Sequence record: SRR22947727_2651
Reading direction: 5' to 3' (one strand)
Length of the DNA: 37,033 bases
The notes under the pieces were generated by a model that saw only the letters and a list, made by a program, of their open reading frames with translations, was not told the DNA's origin and did no database searches. Shown here piece after piece: positions 1-7,673 of this stretch (its first letter is position 1; every line of letters starts with the position of its first letter). A program made the translations under genes and the position numbers.

Positions 1-364
1 TAAATCGATTGCCATTGCAAAAAAAGGCCTGCGCAATCTGCTTATCCATGCTGAAATACTGAACGCGCCCTTAGCGTTAGAACCTTCTGTTGAAATCGAT
101 ATGCCCGATGGCGATTGCTTTACCTTTGCTGCAGGCGAGGGCCTGTTTGAACCAATGGTCGATTTGGGGGATCCTGTGGAAAAAGGAGATATCACCTCCC
201 GCATCTGGCCCAAAGATCATACCGGACGCGCGCCCGAACATTGCTATGCACGCCGCTCTGGTATTCTGGTTGGACGGCATTTCCCTGGCTTGATCGCCAT
301 GGGCGATTGCGCCACTGTGATCGCAGAAATAATCGGCGACGTGGATTTGCCTGATCCAACTTAG
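1..364 (+). CDS. doeB: N-alpha-acetyl-diaminobutyrate deacetylase DoeB/EutE (AstE/AspA family), C-terminal part, 5' end outside the window
   Basis: Frame 2 is open from the window edge: KSIAIAKKGLRNLLIHAEIL...DMPDGDCFTFA...GLFEPMVDLGDPV...RHFPGLIAMGDC, resembling DoeB/EutE C-termini. It lies directly upstream of a doeD-like transaminase. Confidence 0.8.
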   Translation, partial: KSIAIAKKGLRNLLIHAEILNAPLALEPSVEIDMPDGDCFTFAAGEGLFEPMVDLGDPVEKGDITSRIWPKDHTGRAPEHCYARRSGILVGRHFPGLIAMGDCATVIAEIIGDVDLPDPT

Positions 365-445
365 GCAGATTGCACAGCCCAAACCCATCGCGCACCCACC
401 CCGGAAACACAGGACGATTATACAGGGCATTTGTAAGGATAAAAC

Positions 446-1816
446 ATGTTGAAAAATGACCAATTGGAAAGCTGGGATCGCGAAAACTTCTTTCATCCCT
501 CCACCCATCTGGCAGAGTTTTCCCGCGGTAATTTAGCCCAGCGCGTGATCAAAACAGCGTCGGGTTGCCACATCACAGATCGTGATGGCAACCGCCTGCT
601 GGATGCATTTGCCGGTCTTTACTGCGTGAATGTCGGCTATGGCCGATCAGAAATCGCCGAAGCGATTTCAAAACAAGCGCATGAATTGGCCTATTATCAC
701 GCCTATGTCGGCCATGGCACCGAAGCCTCAATCACCCTATCAAAAATGGTGCTAGAGCGCGCGCCCGAACACATGTCCAAAGTCTATTTTGGGTTGGGGG
801 GGTCGGATGCCAATACCACGAATGTGAAGCTGGTTTGGTATTACAACAATATTCTGGGCCGCCCTGAAAAGAAAAAGATCATCTCACGCTGGCGGGGGTA
901 TCACGGCTCGGGCTTGGTGAATGGATCTTTAACCGGGTTGAAAATATTTCATGAAAAATTTGATCTACCCTTAGATCGGATCCTGCACACCACCGCGCCT
1001 TATTATTACCGCCGCGATGATCTAACCCAAAGCGAAGAAGGCTTCGTGGCAAAATGCGTGGCGGATCTGGAGGCGATGATTGAAACAGAGGGCGCGGATA
1101 CGATTGCCGCCTTCATTGGTGAACCGGCCTTGGGCACAGGGGGGCTTGTGCCGCCGCCAAAAGGCTATTGGGCCGCCATTCAAGCGGTTTTGAAAAAGCA
1201 TGATATTTTGCTGATTGCCGATGAAGTGGTCACTGGCTTTGGCCGCTTGGGCAGCATGTTTGGCAGCGAGCATTATGAGCTAAAACCCGATTTGATCACG
1301 ATTGCCAAAGGCCTAACCTCGGCTTATGCGCCCTTATCAGGCTCAATCGTCAGCGATCGCATGTGGCGCGTGTTAGAACAAGGCACGGATGAATTTGGCC
1401 CCTTTGGACATGGGTGGACCTATTCGGCGCATCCAATTGGTGCGGCCGCCGGCGTGGCGAATCTAAGCTTACTGGATGATTTAAACTTAATCGAAAATGT
1501 CCGCTCAATGGGGCGCTATTTTACCGCCGGCTTGCGCGATGCGCTTGGGGCGCACAAACATGTTGGAGATATTCGCGGGGAAGGATTACTGGGCGCGGTT
1601 GAATTGGTGGCAGATCGCAACGATCGGGTGTTCTTTGAACCCAGCGCGATGATTGGCGCAAAAGTAAACGCGGCTTTGCTCAACCGCGGTGTGATTAGCC
1701 GCGCGATGCCCGAAGGCGATATCTTAGGATTTGCGCCACCTTTCTGCCTAACGCAAAGCGAAGCTGATGAAATCATCGCCAAATTGCGCGAATCGATCAT
1801 TGAGGTACTGGGGTAA
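446..1816 (+). CDS. doeD: Class III PLP aminotransferase, diaminobutyrate transaminase DoeD/Atf of ectoine catabolism
   Basis: N-terminus MLKNDQLESWDRENFFHPSTHL; motifs GLYCVNVGYG, YHGS, LLIADEVVTGFGRLG, ITIAKGLTS (PLP Lys) and HGWTYSAHP; RBS AAGGA upstream; follows doeB. Confidence 0.82.
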   Translation: MLKNDQLESWDRENFFHPSTHLAEFSRGNLAQRVIKTASGCHITDRDGNRLLDAFAGLYCVNVGYGRSEIAEAISKQAHELAYYHAYVGHGTEASITLSKMVLERAPEHMSKVYFGLGGSDANTTNVKLVWYYNNILGRPEKKKIISRWRGYHGSGLVNGSLTGLKIFHEKFDLPLDRILHTTAPYYYRRDDLTQSEEGFVAKCVADLEAMIETEGADTIAAFIGEPALGTGGLVPPPKGYWAAIQAVLKKHDILLIADEVVTGFGRLGSMFGSEHYELKPDLITIAKGLTSAYAPLSGSIVSDRMWRVLEQGTDEFGPFGHGWTYSAHPIGAAAGVANLSLLDDLNLIENVRSMGRYFTAGLRDALGAHKHVGDIRGEGLLGAVELVADRNDRVFFEPSAMIGAKVNAALLNRGVISRAMPEGDILGFAPPFCLTQSEADEIIAKLRESIIEVLG

Positions 1817-1904
1817 AACATTTTTTGTTTCCCCAATTTTTCAGTATTAGAGCAGGCAATAATATCTGGGGCATATCTAAGCAGCCCCAATTCAAGAGGT
1901 TCGA

Positions 1905-2798
1905 ATGAGCAAGAAAAACGCGGTAATGCTGATCCTTCTTGGGGGCACATTTATGAGCTTTGTGGGGCTTTACATGCGCCTTCTCACCGATGCGAATGGC
2001 TTTCAGATCTTATTTTACCGCTCGCTGAGCCTCTGCGCAATCGTGGGCCTTGTCAGCTGTTTGCGCCGCCGCATTGGACCGGTCCAGTTTTTACAGCGCT
2101 TGGATCAAGCAGATTTCAAAATGGGCTCGGCGCTGGCACTGGCTTTTACCTGCTATGTCTTCGCCATGCTTTATACCACCGTTGCCTCAACTCTGTTTAT
2201 CCTTTCGGCCGCGCCCTTTATGGCGGCGGTAATCGGCTGGGTCTGGATCAATGAAAAGCCGCAGAATATTACCTGGGTTGCAATGATTTTTGCCTCCTGC
2301 GGGGTATATCTTATGGTGCGCGAAGGGGTCCAGCTTGGCCAAAGCTTTGGCAATGTGATGGCCTTAATTTCCGCCGCCTGTTTTGCCTTAATGTTGGTTC
2401 TGGCGCGCAAAAGCGGCAAACAAGATGTGCTGGGTGGAACCTTTACCGGTGGCGCGATCTGCGCGCTGATCGGCGCGGGCGCAACCCTTTTTTCAGGGGC
2501 AAGTTTTGCTGTATTGCCGCAGGATTTAGCCATCATTTTGATCATGGGCGCTTTTGGTATCGGCATCGGCATTGCCTTCGTTACATGGGGGGCCAGCTAT
2601 GTTCCGGCCGCCGAAGTCAGCCTTTTGGTTTTGATCGAAAGCGTTCTAGGCCCCGTCTGGCCGTGGATTTTCTTGGGCGAAGCGATGAGCGCCACCGAAC
2701 TGATCGGAGGGCTTACAATTTTGGCGTCGGTCGCCCTATTTGCACGAGTCAGCGCCAAACCCGAAGCAAAACGAAACGCCCAAAACAGCGCGCTTTAA
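1905..2798 (+). CDS. DMT/EamA family transporter
   Basis: 297 aa with about 10 hydrophobic helices in two EamA-like repeats (ILFYRS; ESVLGPVWPWIFLGE); RBS GAGG. Confidence 0.85.
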   Translation: MSKKNAVMLILLGGTFMSFVGLYMRLLTDANGFQILFYRSLSLCAIVGLVSCLRRRIGPVQFLQRLDQADFKMGSALALAFTCYVFAMLYTTVASTLFILSAAPFMAAVIGWVWINEKPQNITWVAMIFASCGVYLMVREGVQLGQSFGNVMALISAACFALMLVLARKSGKQDVLGGTFTGGAICALIGAGATLFSGASFAVLPQDLAIILIMGAFGIGIGIAFVTWGASYVPAAEVSLLVLIESVLGPVWPWIFLGEAMSATELIGGLTILASVALFARVSAKPEAKRNAQNSAL

Positions 2799-2892
2799 CG
2801 CCTAAACCTGCCCCTCCAAGCCCAAACTTGACAAAGATGGCCAAGGTTTATTTATGTCATAACAGATTGGAAAGCAGCGTGATGCGCATCAA

Positions 2893-3393
2893 ATGGAAAC
2901 AAAGAACACGATGAGGGTGCGGTCTATTTTCAAACGGGCCGTGATGAGCGCCCTACTGATTGCGGGGCAGATCGCAGCGCAGGGCGCGCAAGCCGGATCA
3001 TCGATCAAGATCATTCCACAGGCCAAGGGCTCTGCTTTGCAAACCGATAATGCGGCTGACGGCACGGATGATTATTCCACAGATGCGCGGCTGGTAAGCT
3101 ATGTTGTGGATCGGGTGATCTTGCGCAATGGCTTGATTGTGCGCAGATGGCGCTGGACGCCAGAGGCCAAAGCGCTTGGCATGGCCGATTTGCCTAGTTT
3201 CGGGATTATCGCGCAGGATGTAAAAGCCCTTCATCCTGAAATGGTGTTTACCAATGAACAGGGGCATCTGGTGATACAGCGCCAGAAACTGATGCAAAAG
3301 GATGCCTCCGTTGCGGAATTGGTAGAGGTGTGCGGCGCGATCTATGGATGTTCACAATATCGCCAACATATGCTGCAAACAGGGTTAAAATAA
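2893..3393 (+). CDS. Secreted protein with a divergent peptidase S74 / tail-fibre intramolecular chaperone-like domain
   Basis: Signal peptide ending ...AAQGAQA, then (S)TDARL...NGLIVRRWRWTPEAKALG...FGIIAQDVKALHPEMVFTNEQGHLVI, matching the S74 pattern SDxRLK...G.IAQ(E/D)V....P..V....G.L.V. An alternative start lies at 2911. Confidence 0.6.
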   Translation: METKNTMRVRSIFKRAVMSALLIAGQIAAQGAQAGSSIKIIPQAKGSALQTDNAADGTDDYSTDARLVSYVVDRVILRNGLIVRRWRWTPEAKALGMADLPSFGIIAQDVKALHPEMVFTNEQGHLVIQRQKLMQKDASVAELVEVCGAIYGCSQYRQHMLQTGLK

Positions 3394-3421
3394 CCAACCT
3401 CTTGCGTTAGATTAGGCCAGA

Positions 3422-4120
3422 ATGAAGATGCGTTTCACACCATTAAAAAGCTTCATCTGCAGCCTGTTTCTTGGGTTTCACCAAGCCCTTGCCTGCGAGA
3501 TAGAACTGGTGATCGCGATGGATGTATCGCGCTCGGTGGATCAATATGAATTCGACCTGATGCGCAGCGGCACGGCCAATGCGTTCCGCCATCCCGAAAT
3601 TATCGACATGATCAATTGGATGGACGGGGGGATTGCGGTCAGCCTCACCCAATGGAGCGGTCTAGACAAACAACGCGTCATGCTACCTTGGCGGCATTTG
3701 CAAGATAAATCTTCAATCGCGCGCTTTGCAACTGAGATCGATCAGATGAAACGTGCCTTTCGCTTTGAATTTACTGCCCCCGCGCAGGGCCTGAGCCACG
3801 CGTTTTCAATGTTTGCCCAAAACCCCACGCAATGTGAGCGCAAAGTGATCGATCTTTCCGGCGATGGCAGGGCCAATCAAGGCGAAAGCACGGGTCAAAT
3901 GGCCAGCCTGATTGCTGGCTTGGGCGTCACGATTAACGGGCTGGTGATCCGCGGAGATCACCCAGACCCGCTTGAGTTTTATGTAAATGATATCCAACGC
4001 GGGCCGCTATCCTTCGTGGAAATTGCCGATGGCTATGATGATTTCCCGCGTGCAATTTTCCAAAAAATCCAGCGTGAAATTGCACCGCTTTACTCGGAAA
4101 ATACGCCCAAGCTGCGTTAA
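3422..4120 (+). CDS. Secreted von Willebrand factor A domain protein (DUF1194 family)
   Basis: Signal peptide ending ALA-C; MIDAS motif ELVIAMDVSRSVD; QWSG; VIDLSGDG; VTINGL; C-terminal F..AI..KI.REIA typical of DUF1194. Confidence 0.85.
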   Translation: MKMRFTPLKSFICSLFLGFHQALACEIELVIAMDVSRSVDQYEFDLMRSGTANAFRHPEIIDMINWMDGGIAVSLTQWSGLDKQRVMLPWRHLQDKSSIARFATEIDQMKRAFRFEFTAPAQGLSHAFSMFAQNPTQCERKVIDLSGDGRANQGESTGQMASLIAGLGVTINGLVIRGDHPDPLEFYVNDIQRGPLSFVEIADGYDDFPRAIFQKIQREIAPLYSENTPKLR

Positions 4121-4193
4121 GCACCCCCCCCCCCGCAAGCTCGCAGGCAAATCTGCGTTTTAGAAATCAGACCCGCAGCCTAGAAACGCCCGG

Positions 4194-5588
4194 CTAAGCC
4201 GCTTTCCAAAGGCCTTTTTCAATCAGCGCCGCATGGGTTTCATCCAAAGCTTTGCGCGCCCGGCTGATCAATATATCAATCTCATCGGTGGAAATAATCA
4301 AGGGCGGCGAAATAATCATCCGATCGCCGACATGGCGCATCACCAAATTATTGGCAAAGCAGCGCTCGCGGCAGATATAGCCCACAGTTCCCGCATCGGC
4401 TTCAAATTTTGCCCGGCTCTGCTTATCCGGCGTCAAAGCGATTGAGCCCATCATCCCAACAATCTTGGCCTCCCCCACCATTGGATGATCGCTCAGGCTT
4501 TCCCATTGGGTTTTTAAATAGGGGGCCGTATGCGTGCGTACATTCGTAACGATGTTTTCTTCATCAAGAATCCGGATATTTTCCAAAGCCACCGCCGCGG
4601 CCACGGGATGGCTGGAATAGGTATAGCCATGAGTGAATTCCGCAGTTGCCATAACAGCGGCAATTTCGTCGCTGACGATTGAGCCCCCAATCGGCTGATA
4701 GCCCGAACTAAGGCCTTTTGCGATGGTCATGATATCGGGCTGGATATCCAAGGTTTGGCTGCCAAACCAATTGCCCGTGCGCCCAAAGCCGCAGATCACC
4801 TCGTCAGCGATCAGCAAGACGCCATATTTATGGCAGATGCGTTGAATTTCGGGCCAATAACTCTGCGGCGGCACTATCACCCCACCTGCGCCTTGCACCG
4901 GTTCGCCGATAAAGGCCGCAACATGCTCTTGACCAATATCTAAAATCGCTTGTTCAAGCTCGCGGGCGCGGGCCAACCCAAATTCTTCCGGGTCCAAATC
5001 GCCCCCTTCTGACCACCAATTGGGCTGGTTAATATGATGAATATCGGGAATTGGCATGCCACCTTGGGCGTGCATCGCGCTCATTCCACCCAGCGAGGCG
5101 CTGCCCAGACTTGACCCGTGATAGGCGTTTTTCCGGCTAATGATAACCTTGCGCTCAGGATGGCCTTTGAGCGCCCAATATTGCCTCACCATCCGAATAT
5201 TGGTGTCATTGGCCTCGGATCCTGAGCCGGCATAAAATACGTGGTTCAAATTGTCAGGAGCCAATTGGGCCAAGCGCTCTGACAGTTCGATCACTGGCAC
5301 ATGCGTGGTTTGAAAAAATGTGTTATAATAGGGTAATTCGCGCATCTGACGCGCCGCCACATCGGCCAATTCGCTGCGCCCATAACCAATATTCACGCAC
5401 CATAACCCCGCCATTGCATCCAAATACTGGTTGCCATCTGAATCAGTGATATAGACGCCTTTGGCGCTGGTTATCACCCGCGCGCCTTGGGCCGACAGCT
5501 CATCTTGCGCAGAAAACGGTTGCATATGATGGGCCGCATTGCGCCGCTGCAATTCATCTGTGGGCAAATAATTGGTCAATTGATTCAT
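4194..5588 (-). CDS. spuC: Class III aminotransferase, putrescine/polyamine:pyruvate transaminase (SpuC-like)
   Basis: Start placed at MNQLTNYLPT (ATG 5588). Motifs DAMAGLWCVNIGYGR, LPYYNTFFQTTH, GSEANDT, ADEVICGFGRTG, AKGLSSGY and HGYTYSSHP; adjacent to a polyamine ABC transporter. Confidence 0.8.
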   Translation of the reverse strand: MNQLTNYLPTDELQRRNAAHHMQPFSAQDELSAQGARVITSAKGVYITDSDGNQYLDAMAGLWCVNIGYGRSELADVAARQMRELPYYNTFFQTTHVPVIELSERLAQLAPDNLNHVFYAGSGSEANDTNIRMVRQYWALKGHPERKVIISRKNAYHGSSLGSASLGGMSAMHAQGGMPIPDIHHINQPNWWSEGGDLDPEEFGLARARELEQAILDIGQEHVAAFIGEPVQGAGGVIVPPQSYWPEIQRICHKYGVLLIADEVICGFGRTGNWFGSQTLDIQPDIMTIAKGLSSGYQPIGGSIVSDEIAAVMATAEFTHGYTYSSHPVAAAVALENIRILDEENIVTNVRTHTAPYLKTQWESLSDHPMVGEAKIVGMMGSIALTPDKQSRAKFEADAGTVGYICRERCFANNLVMRHVGDRMIISPPLIISTDEIDILISRARKALDETHAALIEKGLWKAA

Positions 5589-5643
5589 CGTGGTACCTTT
5601 GACTTTGCGGGGGCAGACCGCGCGCAATATCGCGCGCTCGCGT

Positions 5644-5671
5644 AGAATATGATCAAATTATTTATTGTCAA
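5644..5671 (-). promoter_or_regulatory. Sigma70-type promoter of the spuC-like gene overlapped by a palindromic operator
   Basis: The minus strand reads TTGACA-N16-TATTCT. The near-palindrome AATATGATCAAATT (5646-5659) overlaps the spacer and the -10 box. Confidence 0.65.
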
Positions 5672-5692
5672 TCGAATCACCGCCCACGGCCT

Positions 5693-6355
5693 TTACGCAA
5701 TGCCGAGGCGAATTTGCTCCATCCCCTGCAAAACATCTTGTAAAATCGCATCCGAGGCCGCCTGCGGATCACCCGCTTTCAGCGCGAGCAATGTTTCTTT
5801 ATGTTGATCCACGAGGTGAAGCGTTCCAAGCCGCCCACAGACGATGCGCAATGACGGCCCGAAGCGCAGCCATAAACCATCGGTTAAGGCGCTCAAAATC
5901 GGAGCCCGCGCCAATTGATAAAGCTGATGATGAAATTGATAATTTAACCGCAGATACATTGGCGCATCGCCGCGGTAAATGGCCTGATCAAGCGCGCTAT
6001 CCAGCGTGATAAGCGCAGCGATATCCTGCGCCGTAACCTGCTGTGCCGCCATAAAAATAAGCTTTGGTTCAAGAAATTGACGCGCAAAAGATACATCTTC
6101 TAGATCTTTGAGGCTTAAAGTTGGCACGCAGACCCGCCGATTGTCATTGAAGCTCAACGCACCTTCAGCGGTCAGCCTTCTGATCGCTTCGCGCACGGGC
6201 GTGAGACCCGCGGAAAGCCGCGTGGCCAACCCTTGTATGGTCACCGCTTCACCGGGAATAAATTCACCGAATAAAATCAGCGCGCGCAAATCCTGATAGA
6301 CAATTTCATGCACCGGCAAAGCAGCAGCAGAAAGGGTTTTATCTAGGTTCATCAT
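5693..6355 (-). CDS. GntR family (FCD subfamily) transcriptional regulator
   Basis: N-terminal wHTH (ILFGEFIPGEAVTIQGLA...GLTPVREAIRRLTAEG) followed by an FCD domain (LNYQFHHQLY, DQH). Confidence 0.9.
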   Translation of the reverse strand: MMNLDKTLSAAALPVHEIVYQDLRALILFGEFIPGEAVTIQGLATRLSAGLTPVREAIRRLTAEGALSFNDNRRVCVPTLSLKDLEDVSFARQFLEPKLIFMAAQQVTAQDIAALITLDSALDQAIYRGDAPMYLRLNYQFHHQLYQLARAPILSALTDGLWLRFGPSLRIVCGRLGTLHLVDQHKETLLALKAGDPQAASDAILQDVLQGMEQIRLGIA

Positions 6356-6438
6356 CGATATAGTCCAAAACGATCGCCAAAAAAATACAAATGAATCAAC
6401 AGAGCTTGTCAGTTCATTGCACGCATGAAATCATAAAC

Positions 6439-6472
6439 ATATTGCCAAGTCTGGCAATATTTGATCAGATTA
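6439..6472 (+). promoter_or_regulatory. Candidate operator region of the potFGHI promoter
   Basis: Perfect inverted repeat ATATTGCCA-agtc-TGGCAATAT (6439-6460) abutting ATTTGATCAGATTA (6459-6472), which nearly copies the spuC site ATATGATCAAATTA. Confidence 0.55.
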
Positions 6473-6523
6473 CCTATGCAGAGCGATGCTCTTATCCCAT
6501 TCCTTATACAGGAGAGACACAGA

Positions 6524-7609
6524 ATGAAACTCAATCTTATCGCGGCCGCTGCCGGCCTGACGCTAACAGCCAGCGCAGCTTTTGCAGACGAAGTGCGCGT
6601 CTATAACTGGTCGGATTATATCGACGAGAACCTGCTTAGTAAATTTGAGGCCGAAACAGGCTTAAAACTGGTTTACGATGTGTTTGACAGCAATGAAGTG
6701 CTGGAAACAAAAATGCTGGCCGGCGGCTCGGGATATGATGTAGTTGTGCCCTCTGGAACATTTTTGCAGCGCCAGATCGTGGCGGGTGCCTTCCAGAAGC
6801 TGGATATGTCAAAACTGTCAAACCACAGCAATATGTGGGATGTGGTCTCTTCGCGCACCGAGCAATATGATCCCGATAACGCCTATTCAATCAACTACAT
6901 GTGGGGCACCACGGGGCTTGGCGTGAATGTGGGCAAAGTGCATGAAATTTTAGGCGCGGATGCACCACTTGATTCTTTAGAGCTGGTGTTCAACGCCGAT
7001 AATATGGCCAAATTGGCGGCTTGCGGGGTATATTTCTTGGATGCCCCTTCCGAAATGATCCCGGCGGCGCTGCAATATTTGGGCGAAAACCCTGACAGCC
7101 ATGACCCAGATGTCATCGCACAGGCCGAAGCGGTGTTTATGGCCGTGCGCCCGCATATCAAAAAATTCCACAGCTCTGAATATATCAACGCGCTTGCAAA
7201 TGGTGATATTTGCGTGGCCGTCGGCTGGTCTGGCGATATTCTACAAGCCCGGGATCGTGCAGACGAAGCCGAAAATGGCGTAGAAATCGCGTATAATGCG
7301 GCCAAAGAAGGCGCGCAAATGTGGTTCGATCAAATGGCCATTCCAGTCGATGCCCCAAATGTAGAGGGCGCGCATTTATTCCTGAACTTTATCATGGATG
7401 CGCAGAATATGGCGGATGCGTCTAACTATGTATATTATGCGAATGGCAATCTCGCCTCACAGCCCATGCTGGAAGAAGATGTGATCGGTGATCCGGCGAT
7501 TTATCCTGATGCAGCCACTTTGGAAAACCTGTTTACCACGCGGCCCTATCCGCCAAAAATACAGCGCCAAGTGACGCGGATGTGGACCAAAATTAAATCG
7601 GGCACCTAA
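6524..7609 (+). CDS. potF: Polyamine (putrescine/spermidine) ABC transporter substrate-binding protein
   Basis: Start ATG 6524 after RBS AGGAG; signal peptide ending ASAAFA; VYNWSDYI, GYDVVVPS, YMWGTTGLG, GWSGD, KEGAQMWFD. Confidence 0.9.
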   Translation: MKLNLIAAAAGLTLTASAAFADEVRVYNWSDYIDENLLSKFEAETGLKLVYDVFDSNEVLETKMLAGGSGYDVVVPSGTFLQRQIVAGAFQKLDMSKLSNHSNMWDVVSSRTEQYDPDNAYSINYMWGTTGLGVNVGKVHEILGADAPLDSLELVFNADNMAKLAACGVYFLDAPSEMIPAALQYLGENPDSHDPDVIAQAEAVFMAVRPHIKKFHSSEYINALANGDICVAVGWSGDILQARDRADEAENGVEIAYNAAKEGAQMWFDQMAIPVDAPNVEGAHLFLNFIMDAQNMADASNYVYYANGNLASQPMLEEDVIGDPAIYPDAATLENLFTTRPYPPKIQRQVTRMWTKIKSGT

Positions 7610-7620
7610 GACCACGCCGA

Positions 7621-7652
7621 TTTGGCCCGCGCTGATCTGCGCGCGGGCCAAA
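7621..7652 (+). terminator. Intercistronic stem-loop after potF (mRNA stabiliser or partial terminator)
   Basis: Perfect 12-bp stem TTTGGCCCGCGC / GCGCGGGCCAAA with an 8-nt loop; no U-tract on the + strand. Confidence 0.6.
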
Positions 7653-7673
7653 CCAAACCAAAAGGGCTTTTAA

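Noticed and set aside
2893..3393. Prophage remnant
   Set aside because: No other phage genes, integrase or att-like repeats are present, the gene has a signal peptide, and its composition is host-like.
4124..4134. C11 homopolymer as a phase-variation tract
   Set aside because: It lies after the vWA stop, between two convergent 3' ends, so a length change would alter neither a reading frame nor a promoter.
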